From Patescibacteria group bacterium (GTDB lineage Bacteria; Patescibacteriota; Patescibacteriia; UBA10025; JAHIVO01), in assembly GCA_049325535.1 (NCBI GenBank), contig JBMOKY010000001.1, positions 1,008,048-1,072,047 on the forward strand: DNA of 64,000 bases, in the 5' to 3' direction. The position numbers were made by a program, and so were the translations under genes. The notes beneath the pieces were generated by a model that worked only from the letters and a program-made list of their open reading frames with translations, was not told the origin of the DNA and did no database searches. Below are positions 50,749 to 60,689 of this stretch, in pieces (the first letter of the stretch is position 1; every line of letters starts with the position of its first letter).

Positions 50749-51855
50749 TTATCCGATCCGCAGCGCCACGATCTCCGGAAAATTGCCGGTGCGCATCGGC
50801 GGTCCCCACGTCCCCACTCCCGGCGACGTATACAGCGTCATTTGTTTGATGGTGGAACGGCGATAATGAAATCGACCATAAATTTTCTGAGTGATAGCGG
50901 CAAAGGGCCACAGCTGGCCTTTGTGGGTGTGGCCGCACAACATAAGGGAGGCTCCTCGATCTGCCGCACGCGCAACCGCATCCGGCACCGGTTCGTGCAG
51001 CAGCACGATGCTCGGTCGGGAAGGATCGAGACGGTCAATAATCGAACCGAGGTCTTTTTCCTTGCCCGGCAAATGGTATTCGACGCCCATTACCTGGACC
51101 CCGGCTACGTCGACGATCTCGTCGTGAAGTACCCGCATCGGTAATTCTTTCAGCGCAGCAAATACTTTTTCCACGCCGACATACGTCTCATGATTGCCGG
51201 TAATGAAATACATGCCCATCGGCGGCCGTAGTTCCTGTAGCGGATTTGCCATCAACCCGAGCTCCTGGCCAACCCCATCATACAGATCGCCCGTGATGAA
51301 AATGATGTCAGGATGAAGCGCTTTGGTCAGCGTCACCACCCGACGCATAAATTTGATATGATGTACCACTCCCAAATGCACATCCGATAACTGCACGATG
51401 GTTTTCCCGCGCCATGATTCAGGGAATCGATCTGCGGGCAGCGACACCCGCCGCACCCGGGGAAACTGCGCATTCCATACCCCATACCCGGCATACCCGA
51501 GCGCCCCGCCGACTGCCACGATGCCGATCCACTCGCGCCAAGCAGCTAGCGGCAGCAACCAAACGATCAGCAAACCGACGCTGCAGGCTATAGCCAAATA
51601 GAGCGCCAAGCCAAGCCAGGTCGCCACCACCGTGTAAACCCAACTGGTCAGCCAGTTTTCCCGGATATGCACCAGGTACATGCTGGGTAAAAAACCGACG
51701 GCGAACAAACCAAACAGCACGGCCAATATGATTTGGATCGCCTCGGTGGTGATATCCAAAAGAAAAATCACGCTGAACCACAGCCAGGCGTGAGCGGCCA
51801 GCAGTATAGTGGCGGCGACAATGGTCAGAATGGCAACGAGTGTCCGTCGGGTCAT
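50749..51855 (-). CDS. Membrane-bound calcineurin-like metallophosphoesterase
   Basis: 4 TMs; SDVH, TGD, GNHE, HEP, GHTHKGQ. Confidence 0.9.
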   Translation of the reverse strand: MTRRTLVAILTIVAATILLAAHAWLWFSVIFLLDITTEAIQIILAVLFGLFAVGFLPSMYLVHIRENWLTSWVYTVVATWLGLALYLAIACSVGLLIVWLLPLAAWREWIGIVAVGGALGYAGYGVWNAQFPRVRRVSLPADRFPESWRGKTIVQLSDVHLGVVHHIKFMRRVVTLTKALHPDIIFITGDLYDGVGQELGLMANPLQELRPPMGMYFITGNHETYVGVEKVFAALKELPMRVLHDEIVDVAGVQVMGVEYHLPGKEKDLGSIIDRLDPSRPSIVLLHEPVPDAVARAADRGASLMLCGHTHKGQLWPFAAITQKIYGRFHYRRSTIKQMTLYTSPGVGTWGPPMRTGNFPEIVALRIG

Positions 51856-51963
51856 AGAGAGTGGGTCAGGTGTGTCCTCCAGTATAGCGGCTTTTTACCA
51901 ATAAAAAAAGTGGCCGACCCAGAGGATCAGCCACCTACGGATATCCGGCGGCGATAGCCGGTT

Positions 51964-52872
51964 TCAGGCGAGGGTAATACCCCGCGATGTCAGATAGGCA
52001 CCGATTGCCCGATCAATCAGCGCAGCCGTCTCAGACGGTAACTGCTGGTAGAAATACTCCACCAGCATACTGGGCGCACCCGTTTCCACGATTGCATCCA
52101 GTACCTCGCGCAGATTGACATCGTACAACCAGCTCAAGAGGTACAGCATGTACCCCTCATAGCTGCGCATCCGTTTGCGATCGAGCACCTGGCGCCCGGT
52201 GAAAGCTTGCAGGAAATCCTCCGGATCGATGGATCCGGTTTCTCCCCGCAATCCGTGCTGCCGTATCTCCCCCGATTTCTTGTCCCCATCATAGAGATAT
52301 GAACGGGTTCGGTCGCGGAAGATGAGATACTTATCAGCATCCCGAAGCAGGCACGTGAAGAGCAGGGTGGTAGACACGTGCCGATCCCGCAAATCACCCA
52401 CCGCGACCGGCGAATACGACCCGACGTGGTGGCGGATGACGAATTCAATCAGGTGCCGAGTCTGATCGGAGAAACTATCCAGCGCGCCCCACGACTGAAG
52501 GATCAGGACCGACTGCTCGGCATGATCACCGCAGTAGGAGATACCGTCGGGCAGCGTACCGAGAGTATGAGCGCCCTCAATGACCCGACCGAGATCATGC
52601 ACCCGGAAAATGAACTCCAATAACCGGAAATTCACCGGGCAGATAACCCCGCGGAATCGGTCAACGATCGGCTGCTTCGCCTCGTGCGCCCGGGTCATAT
52701 GTTCTTGTTTGCCCGCTTTCCACATGTGGTCGTCGGGCAACAGCTGAAACAAGTCGTCTTGGCGACCTGCCACCACTGCCAGTGCCTGATCGATGTCCTG
52801 ATCAGTGCACAGCGGCTGGTCATCATAGTGCAACCTGCCGCTGATCATTTGAATCTCCACCATGTTAGACAT
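51964..52872 (-). CDS. HD-domain protein
   Basis: HDLGR, DHAEQS, RHH, LRDADK. Confidence 0.75.
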   Translation of the reverse strand: MSNMVEIQMISGRLHYDDQPLCTDQDIDQALAVVAGRQDDLFQLLPDDHMWKAGKQEHMTRAHEAKQPIVDRFRGVICPVNFRLLEFIFRVHDLGRVIEGAHTLGTLPDGISYCGDHAEQSVLILQSWGALDSFSDQTRHLIEFVIRHHVGSYSPVAVGDLRDRHVSTTLLFTCLLRDADKYLIFRDRTRSYLYDGDKKSGEIRQHGLRGETGSIDPEDFLQAFTGRQVLDRKRMRSYEGYMLYLLSWLYDVNLREVLDAIVETGAPSMLVEYFYQQLPSETAALIDRAIGAYLTSRGITLA

Positions 52873-53034
52873 GCTCCCTTTCCCGAAAAAATGGTTGTAT
52901 ATATCAGTGAAATCTATAGGCACATCCGGCACGCCAGATGGGTACCGTAAAATAGTAAGGTGCAAAAAATAACCACCCATGCTACCACATCGGGTCCCAT
53001 CTGTCAAGATGCCCTTCAGCGACGCACTGATACA

Positions 53035-55185
53035 TCAATCGGAGCGTCGCCGCTGCTGCCGCTCCCGGATCACATAGGCAGCGATGCCCGCGCCGATAGC
53101 TACCGCCGCTCCAATCAAATAATACACCACCGCTCGCTGTCCGGCCGGCGCTGGCACGACTACCGACGGCTGATCCGTACTGGCACCCAACACGTCTCCG
53201 GTCGATACGGCGATGGATGAGGGAATAGATATGTCGTCCTGAGTGCGGGGCAATAAACGCAAGCCGGCGCTCGTCTTATCCAATACCCCAGTGACGGTAA
53301 CCAGATCGCCCGGATTGAGTTCCGGTTGAACGATACCCGTCTTGGCCTGAATATATACGCGGAGGACATTGCCATCCTCATCCATCAAATAAATCCCCCG
53401 ACTATTTGCCCGATCCACGGTGCCGGTCACCTGCAGCAGCTGACCGATCATCTCGTCCGTCACCTCGCCAATGCCAACCTGGCGGAGTTCCAGTGATGCG
53501 GTGGAGACGTCAGTGCCCATGCCCTCCGCGTCCTCAGCGGGTGGCACTATTTCATTTTCCGCGCCCGGCGTCAGCACCTCGGTCCACTCCCACCGGCCAT
53601 CGGCAAACGCAAACGCATAGTCCTTTGGTGCCTTGGGAATGGTAACGCCGTGAATGATAGTGCCGGCTGGATCAACCAGATATAATTGTTCACCGGAATT
53701 GTTCAGGGTTATCTTGCTTTCCACCCGCTCAACCACCAGAAAAGCGCCAGCTGGGACCGTGCTATCATCACCAAATGTAAAATATCGCGATCCATCCGTC
53801 AGCTGCCACCCATCGAGCGATACGTCCCTGTCGCCGCTGTTATGCAGTTCAATAAACTCGCACACACTATCGCTCGGCATACAGCTGGGCAATACTTCGG
53901 AAATGATGATGGCATCGGAATAATCATAGTCCGAAACAATAATGTCCGTCCGTGTCATGTGTGTTGCGCCGTGCTCATCGGTCACCGTCAACGACACGCG
54001 AAACGCGCCAGCCCGTGTGTACGCATGGGTGGGCTTCTTTTCCGCTGACGTCTGGCCATCGCCAAAATCCCAGGCATAAATCAGTTCATCCGCATCACTA
54101 TCATTGCTTTCTCCACCATCGAAGGTGATATCATGGCGGACTTTTACTTCTGTGGCTGATGCCTGTATCACCGCTTCGGGAGGAGTATTGGAAATGATAT
54201 GTCGGTTTACTGCTCCGGGAGTCATTGCGTCAGTCCATTGCCATACATCCCCAATCAAACTATACGATTGCCCCTCATGAGAACCAGTATACGCTACACT
54301 CTCTACCTCGGTATTGTCCGGCCAGTACAATCGGACAGAGTCGGCGGTATTGTTGAGTGCAATGCCAGTGAGAGATTTAGGTAATACCAGATAGGATAGT
54401 GCCGCGATGGTTGGATTACTTATCGCATATCGCCGCGAACTATTGTCTCCAATTTTCCATCCAGTCAAATCGACTGCCACGGTACCGCGATTAAATAATT
54501 CGATGAATTCAGTGTCATCAGTACCCACCGGGTCCGGGAGAAATTCAGAAATGCATACGGTCGTGGCATATGCGATCGGTTCGTCATCAGCCGTCGCATC
54601 CGCCACAGGTACATATGAAGTATTATGGGGCTGGGGAACATCGAGGGTGGAAAAATCAGCGGCATTATTGTCAGTATCGATGCCGTCGGTACGCACAATA
54701 CTTTTATTGCTCCCCGGGTTCGCTGCCGGCGCTGATTCAGCGTGCGTAGCAGAACCAAACCCCACCAGATCGACAATACCGCCATCGGCATCAATCAACT
54801 CCACAGAGTTATTATCGGCCATCGAGTTGCCGCTCGAATAGGTAATATCAGGCTCGGCCGTGCCGAGATAACCAGTAGGATGCGTGATGAGAAAATAATG
54901 CCCTGGCGGAATAATCATGCCTGTAAATGAGTCAACCAGTACATACGCCGTACCACTGCTCGTCCGCTTCACCATTGACCATCCATCCAGAACAACATCG
55001 CTGCCGGTCGGATTATAGAGCTCGATAAATTCGTTGGTGCTCTGTCCACTCGATCCGCTCACCATTACTTGGTTAATAACTACATGGGTAGTTTCAGCTG
55101 CCATTAATCTGCTAGGCATTGCCAGAAATAATAAGAGAAATAAGGCGAGACGGGACTTGAAAGGTTGAAAGGATAAATAGTTCAT
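53035..55185 (-). CDS. Surface protein with 3 lamin-tail domains, PKD, OB-fold and C-terminal TM anchor
   Basis: Three EFIEL.N...L.GW repeats, WDFGDG PKD motif, C-terminal G..V.VTG...LLPR OB-like segment. Confidence 0.82.
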   Translation of the reverse strand: MNYLSFQPFKSRLALFLLLFLAMPSRLMAAETTHVVINQVMVSGSSGQSTNEFIELYNPTGSDVVLDGWSMVKRTSSGTAYVLVDSFTGMIIPPGHYFLITHPTGYLGTAEPDITYSSGNSMADNNSVELIDADGGIVDLVGFGSATHAESAPAANPGSNKSIVRTDGIDTDNNAADFSTLDVPQPHNTSYVPVADATADDEPIAYATTVCISEFLPDPVGTDDTEFIELFNRGTVAVDLTGWKIGDNSSRRYAISNPTIAALSYLVLPKSLTGIALNNTADSVRLYWPDNTEVESVAYTGSHEGQSYSLIGDVWQWTDAMTPGAVNRHIISNTPPEAVIQASATEVKVRHDITFDGGESNDSDADELIYAWDFGDGQTSAEKKPTHAYTRAGAFRVSLTVTDEHGATHMTRTDIIVSDYDYSDAIIISEVLPSCMPSDSVCEFIELHNSGDRDVSLDGWQLTDGSRYFTFGDDSTVPAGAFLVVERVESKITLNNSGEQLYLVDPAGTIIHGVTIPKAPKDYAFAFADGRWEWTEVLTPGAENEIVPPAEDAEGMGTDVSTASLELRQVGIGEVTDEMIGQLLQVTGTVDRANSRGIYLMDEDGNVLRVYIQAKTGIVQPELNPGDLVTVTGVLDKTSAGLRLLPRTQDDISIPSSIAVSTGDVLGASTDQPSVVVPAPAGQRAVVYYLIGAAVAIGAGIAAYVIRERQQRRRSD

Positions 55186-55200
55186 ATGAGGACAAGAAAA

Positions 55201-55593
55201 CTATTCGTTTCTTTTTAATTCAAGGGAGTAGATTAAACGGTCAAATAAGTACATGGTTTTCATGGCGAGGGCATTAAAGGCGTCATATTCCTCTTCAGTT
55301 ATATACCCCTTTCGTAATAGCCGGCGTATGCGCTCATTTACCTCACCCAGAGAGCGCCGGCCATACCGAAGGAATCGAATGTAATCACCGATCGTACCGC
55401 TGTAGTACCCTTCCACAAAATTTGCACCTACACTATCCGAAGCGCTATCTATCTGACTCCGCATTTTGTATTCATTACGAGGGACGTGCTGTAAAATCTT
55501 TTGCACAGAAAAATCAAGTTGATCTATATTCTTCCATACTATCATCCGCTGGTGCCCCGCTATCCGTGTCCCCTGCTTCCCCTCTTCGGCCAT
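55201..55593 (-). CDS. Four-helix-bundle protein (23S rRNA IVP/Avd-like family)
   Basis: VWK..P.NE...SQI..ASDSVGANFVEG...FL..GRRSLGE. Confidence 0.85.
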   Translation of the reverse strand: MAEEGKQGTRIAGHQRMIVWKNIDQLDFSVQKILQHVPRNEYKMRSQIDSASDSVGANFVEGYYSGTIGDYIRFLRYGRRSLGEVNERIRRLLRKGYITEEEYDAFNALAMKTMYLFDRLIYSLELKRNE

Positions 55594-55687
55594 ATAAAAC
55601 CTATTGCCCTTAAATCATTATTCCCTTTCTTCCGGGTCGTACCGAGACCTTCCCCAAGAACGATACGACCCGGGAGAAAAGGAGTGA

Positions 55688-56113
55688 TTACTCCTTTTCC
55701 GAAACCGGAACTTTGTTAACGTCGATTTCCTCGACTACGATTTCATCGTTGACCTTATTGGTTTCCTCTTCCGATTTTTTCTTCGCACCGCCGAGCATCA
55801 CCAGATTTTCCATGATGATTTCCGTGCGGTAGTGTTTTTGCTGATCCTTTCCCTGCCAGTTGCGGGTGTGGATACGGCCATCCAGATAGATGCGGTCGCC
55901 CTTTTTCAGGTATTTGCCGACCACCTCGCCCAGCCGTCCCCAGGCCACCACCGGTAAAAATTCCGTGGACTCCTGACGCTGTTTCGATTTGGCATCGACC
56001 CAGCGATGGCTGGTGGCGACGCGGAACGACGCGACTGACTGGCCTGACGGCAATGACCGGATTTCCGGATCCACCGCCAGATTGCCTATTACCTGCGCTT
56101 TGTTGAGATTCAT
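55688..56113 (-). CDS. ssb: Single-stranded DNA-binding protein
   Basis: NLNKAQVIGNL, VAWG, KKG..GRIHTR.W, TEII. Confidence 0.92.
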   Translation of the reverse strand: MNLNKAQVIGNLAVDPEIRSLPSGQSVASFRVATSHRWVDAKSKQRQESTEFLPVVAWGRLGEVVGKYLKKGDRIYLDGRIHTRNWQGKDQQKHYRTEIIMENLVMLGGAKKKSEEETNKVNDEIVVEEIDVNKVPVSEKE

Positions 56114-56363
56114 AGGTCCTTTCTTTTTAGTTGTTTAATGTTCCCACTGTCATGCGCGCTTGACAGTTTTTGATAAATTATTACAATGCAAACAAGCTCA
56201 AGAAACTTAAAAACCCGACACGTACTCAAACTGTGTGATCCGAACACACCTTTACCGAGGTTGCTCAGGATGGCACAGACCTTGTTAGGTTTTTTATTCT
56301 TACGACGAGCGCCAAAAACCCGACTGACCTACACCAAGACTAAGGTCGTGTTTTTGGTTTGTG

Positions 56364-57176
56364 TTACTCATTTACTTCTAAAGAACGAACAATGGAGTTA
56401 AACATCTGCGCATCATGGGTATCAGCTTGGAATCCTTCAATTTGTCCCGCATTAATTTTACTCACGTATGCCTCAAACTCATCAGGTTGTATTTGCACTG
56501 AATAATTTTCCGCAGGAACATACCCAAATATGATTTGTTTGGCTGGATTGCTAATACTCTGTAGATAAACCTCCTGTACTATTTGGCCACTACCTTCAAC
56601 CCCATAATCCGGAACAAATTGGTAATATGAAAACCCACGAAACCCGTTCGGTGGATTTTCTAATATGCCGCACCCGCCATACTTATAATTAGTTATGGCC
56701 ACTAACCCCCCACAAAACTGACTTATGTCACCCTGGAATTGCGGCTCTTTCAATAATGAGAAAATGCGTTCCGTGGCACAGAATGACGTCTGTGTATCAT
56801 AGCTTATCCACAAGCCAAACGTCGATCCAGCGGGCACATCCACTACCCTGCACGCATTATCTATTTGATATTCTCCCTCACCACTATTATATGCGGCTAC
56901 TTGCGCCTCGGTCATCTGAAAATACGATGTTGGCAATTCTATACTAATGCCAACCTGAGGAAATAATAATGTTCCATACGTTGAATTCGGCTCAAACCTA
57001 ATAACATCACTCACAGTTTCCGCGGTATTGGTCACCGGTTGATTCGTGCTGATGGGGACATTTTTTTCATCGACCACCATAACATATATCACCCCAAATA
57101 TTAAGATCGTGATGGCTGTGCTGATAATTATTATATTTCTTTTCATACTCATTTTTTTAAATTGTGGGGTGGTCAT
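56364..57176 (-). CDS. Membrane-anchored hypothetical protein (AT-rich)
   Basis: N-terminal TM, 270-aa ORF. Confidence 0.7.
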   Translation of the reverse strand: MTTPQFKKMSMKRNIIIISTAITILIFGVIYVMVVDEKNVPISTNQPVTNTAETVSDVIRFEPNSTYGTLLFPQVGISIELPTSYFQMTEAQVAAYNSGEGEYQIDNACRVVDVPAGSTFGLWISYDTQTSFCATERIFSLLKEPQFQGDISQFCGGLVAITNYKYGGCGILENPPNGFRGFSYYQFVPDYGVEGSGQIVQEVYLQSISNPAKQIIFGYVPAENYSVQIQPDEFEAYVSKINAGQIEGFQADTHDAQMFNSIVRSLEVNE

Positions 57177-57188
57177 ATATTCAGATAG

Positions 57189-57818
57189 TTATTTTATTTC
57201 GAGGGAGTTAAAAATTTCATCGCCCATCTTTTCCGCACTAATAAACCGATCTAAACTCGGGTCTTCATTCATTATGGTATTTCTAAAGCTGATAATATTT
57301 GTGCCCACCTGGATATAATAATTAATAGAGGAAAAAGCAAATACGTTTTGTTTATTCCAGACCCACTGGCGTATTACAGGATATTGACCCAGGGAATATT
57401 GCTCCTGTGTTTGAACGCTGTCACTATTAACTCGTTGTCTAGCCCACACTTCCATATTAGTATCCGCTGGTAATTCATCCTCTCGTATGGTAATAGTGCT
57501 TAACGGTGCCTGTATTATTTGACCACTTAGTTCGTCAGTGTATTGAATATCTTCATCAGATTTAATTTCAACATAATTATCCAATTCATCATTAAATTCA
57601 TTTAAGTCCCAGCTTTGGGGATACGAAACCGTGATGCCAAGCCGGTCTGAAATATGAACTCGCCAATCACTGGCAATGCTTTGATTTATATTGCCCTCGA
57701 CGTTCGCATTGCTTACGTTCCGTGAATTATTACTATTTATCAAAAACACCGCCACAATAATTGCTGCGGCAATGACTAATATGATTGTCAAATTTTTCCT
57801 GCTCATTTTTAATATCAT
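57189..57818 (-). CDS. Membrane-anchored PsbP/Mog1-like hypothetical protein (AT-rich)
   Basis: N-terminal TM; G.TVSYPQSW; C-terminal IFNSLEIK. Confidence 0.65.
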   Translation of the reverse strand: MILKMSRKNLTIILVIAAAIIVAVFLINSNNSRNVSNANVEGNINQSIASDWRVHISDRLGITVSYPQSWDLNEFNDELDNYVEIKSDEDIQYTDELSGQIIQAPLSTITIREDELPADTNMEVWARQRVNSDSVQTQEQYSLGQYPVIRQWVWNKQNVFAFSSINYYIQVGTNIISFRNTIMNEDPSLDRFISAEKMGDEIFNSLEIK

Positions 57819-57870
57819 ACTTGATTAAATCTGGGAGAGTTATGAAAATCCACAACTCTCCCGTCCGTCG

Positions 57871-58617
57871 TTATGGGCACCATGTGCGCCCGGTTGGCGA
57901 GGAAACTGGAATGTTCCAGGAGGAATACTGGTAGTTGACTACGATGCTTCTATATCCTGAAATGCCGGTCAGGGGCTGAGATACTCCGTTCTTGTAGATT
58001 ACGAAGTGGATATGCGGAAAAGCGGGGAGCCCGCGTTCCGGACCAGTCCAGCCAGTCGCACCAGCGTTTCCGATTATTGTCCCCTGCAGCAGATCGTCAC
58101 CTTCGTGCACGAAGTATTGTGGATCGCAGTTCAAATGGGCGACGACTGACTCCCATCCATTCCCATGATCCATTCTGACATACCAGCCAAGCGAACTACT
58201 CCATCGTGCATATTTAAAAATGCCCCTGGCGGGAGCAAGCACCCTACGGCCAGTAGTCGAACCATCCATCCGGACTAAATCAACAGCATGGTAATTGTTC
58301 CCCTGGTGGTATCCCACACCATATCCGCTGATTATTTTCCAGTACTCCGGGCCATAGAAATAATACGTACCAGCCCATGGCCACTTAAAATCGTACATAC
58401 TAGAAGGCCACGTTGCTGCTCCTGCCGCTGCAGTCACCGCTCCACGCCCCTTCCCGTCATCGACAGCGGTCGAATCAATGTCAGGGCCCGGCCCCTTGTT
58501 CAGGTCAGCAGGTTCGGTCGGTGTGGGGCTGTTGGTACAGCTGGTGATGAGAGCGGAAGATCCGATTGCCAGCGCAGTGAAGAGCACCAGCAGTGCGAAA
58601 AACTTCAGGTATTTCAC
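57871..58617 (-). CDS. M23 family metallopeptidase, probable lipoprotein
   Basis: LITSC lipobox-like, HAVD, AHL, GATG...PHIHF; AAGGAG RBS before GTG. Confidence 0.85.
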   Translation of the reverse strand: MKYLKFFALLVLFTALAIGSSALITSCTNSPTPTEPADLNKGPGPDIDSTAVDDGKGRGAVTAAAGAATWPSSMYDFKWPWAGTYYFYGPEYWKIISGYGVGYHQGNNYHAVDLVRMDGSTTGRRVLAPARGIFKYARWSSSLGWYVRMDHGNGWESVVAHLNCDPQYFVHEGDDLLQGTIIGNAGATGWTGPERGLPAFPHIHFVIYKNGVSQPLTGISGYRSIVVNYQYSSWNIPVSSPTGRTWCP

Positions 58618-58797
58618 GGGAAATACTCCTTTCAAACGATTTCAGATTGACTGTGTAACGTGAACATCCGTGTTTCATTTGTAATGAGCGCGTACCGTAC
58701 GGAGAGACCCACGGACTGTAAACTGTCTCCGTACGACCAGCCTCGCGGCTAGGCGGGTACGATCGAATTACGATTCATGGTCACCTCGCTTTCTACT

Positions 58798-59124
58798 CTA
58801 ATGAGCGGTTTGTGTGTTTTGGGTCATTGTTAACATTCGACACATATTTTTTTGAATATAATAAATCGTCAGCCCAACTACTCCATACCCCGTAACCACA
58901 AGAAAATAAGGCCATTGCTGCGTCCAGCGAGAAATGAGCATTACTGAAGTAATGACAAAATAGGCAGTAAACCAGATCCAGGACAGAATTGCATCACGTC
59001 GATCAACTATGTTTTTACGATGGACTAAATCAAGAAGAAAACCGAGGGGCGCCGCACCTCCCATGACCATTACATAACCAATTTCGTACGTCATATGGTA
59101 AACCCTTTTATTACCCAATTTCAA
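58798..59124 (-). CDS. Small multi-TM hypothetical protein (AT-rich)
   Basis: About 3 hydrophobic segments. Confidence 0.6.
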   Translation of the reverse strand: MKLGNKRVYHMTYEIGYVMVMGGAAPLGFLLDLVHRKNIVDRRDAILSWIWFTAYFVITSVMLISRWTQQWPYFLVVTGYGVVGLTIYYIQKNMCRMLTMTQNTQTAH

Positions 59125-59126
59125 TA

Positions 59127-59447
59127 TTAATCATGACTTTCTCTGAAAGAAGGAGCTAATCTCGTCACTCGAACAATTAATGTCGGAAAGTAACAAATAA
59201 CAAAACTTTCAATAATCACAAATATGGGCAGTGATATATAGCTAATCGGGCTCTCGGACACCCTGACCAGCAATTCTGTCAATGTGGTTGCTGGCAAAAA
59301 AATAGCATAAGTCACCTCACCGATACTGCGAAAAAATGGCCCCAGGTCAAAAAACGAAAAAACTGCAAAAACAATACATATAATTACCGTGCCAATATAA
59401 GTATAGCGAGAGGGTTCGATTTGTAACTGTGATTTTATGGTTTCCAT
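59127..59447 (-). CDS. Small multi-TM hypothetical protein (AT-rich)
   Basis: 2-3 hydrophobic segments. Confidence 0.6.
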   Translation of the reverse strand: METIKSQLQIEPSRYTYIGTVIICIVFAVFSFFDLGPFFRSIGEVTYAIFLPATTLTELLVRVSESPISYISLPIFVIIESFVICYFPTLIVRVTRLAPSFRESHD

Positions 59448-59566
59448 ATATTAATATCTAGAGTCTGCACATAATTATTAGTAGGGTAGAGAAGCAAGTC
59501 TTCCTCTACCCTACTTCTACCAACGATTGTATGAACGGAGCGCTACTTGCGGCTTAATCGCCCACA

Positions 59567-60289
59567 CTAGTAAGCCGTCATCATGACCGAGGCCGATTTG
59601 TCATTGTTCTGCACAACGACGAAGAGATAGGCAATATCTGCACTCCCGCTGTATAGCGTCTTATACGTATACCACGGAGCGCACCACCAGGCGGTCCACT
59701 GGTTCCACCCGGAGCTGGTATTCCGCCACGACGGGAGCATGAGGACCTCATAGTTCCAGACAATATTATTCTTGAACTTCAGGGTCTTATACCCGGCTTT
59801 GCGCGGATTGTAGTACACCCAGGCCTGATCACTGCTTTCCATGATGACAGCGTATACCCACTCATTATCCTTCAGATAATAATTGGTGATGTCGGCACCG
59901 AGAGCAGTGGCCGCCGGAATCATTTGCCGGATGTTTTCCTTATCCTCTGGTGAGATGGTGCCGGTATTGCCGAGGTCGATTACCGGATGGATCAGCGTAT
60001 ACTCGGTGCCATCGGGGAGGATAATCGTCCGTATCACGCCTTCATCAGCTGCACTACAGCTGGCCGACTTCGACAGATTGTCGACATTGATCGTATCGGA
60101 CGCTCCGATTACTTGGGAAAAATCATTCGGGAAATGCAGGTTGCCATGGTTCACCAGATCGGCGGCATGCACTGTCATTTCGGGATGAACGGCAATACTG
60201 TGCACTGTATCACCAGTCTGCGAACAGCCGGCGATGACTATGATCATGACCACCAGGGCCGGGATCATGATTTTCTTCCAATACAACAT
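59567..60289 (-). CDS. Putative lipoprotein, unknown function
   Basis: IAGC lipobox; Trp-rich C-terminal region; GAGG RBS. Confidence 0.7.
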   Translation of the reverse strand: MLYWKKIMIPALVVMIIVIAGCSQTGDTVHSIAVHPEMTVHAADLVNHGNLHFPNDFSQVIGASDTINVDNLSKSASCSAADEGVIRTIILPDGTEYTLIHPVIDLGNTGTISPEDKENIRQMIPAATALGADITNYYLKDNEWVYAVIMESSDQAWVYYNPRKAGYKTLKFKNNIVWNYEVLMLPSWRNTSSGWNQWTAWWCAPWYTYKTLYSGSADIAYLFVVVQNNDKSASVMMTAY

Positions 60290-60689
60290 GATAACTACCT
60301 CTTGTAGCGTATCAACAATACCCGCGAGTGCTTGATTTCAAAAAACGAGAATAAGAAGAGACCCACGTTATCTTCCTAACCGTATCCGGTCGTTTCTGAC
60401 CTCCTTTCTCACTTATAAAAGTGCAGTGTTGATGATGCGAAATGTGATTACCCACAATTCTTCGCGACGGCCTTTTTCAGAGACGGCGTCTGCGGTTCAT
60501 GCGAGAACCATTCATTCGTACGGCTCAAACAGTAACTTTAGAAAAATTTTTTCTTTTTCCGCCGTCACTTTTTTTTGATCTCAATGTTCGTTTCTACTGT
60601 AATTATAGCAAAAAAATAAGCGCTGCAAAATTAAAAAAAGGGCCGGACGAAATAATTCGCACGACCCAGGAACAAATCCTCTCAGTTCT

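Noticed and set aside
55201-55593. Avd-like protein as evidence of a diversity-generating retroelement
   Set aside because: No reverse transcriptase or template/variable repeat pair seen; stand-alone four-helix-bundle genes are common
56364-60289. Integron cassette array
   Set aside because: Hairpins lack clear RYYYAAC...GTTRRRY attC ends and no integrase is present
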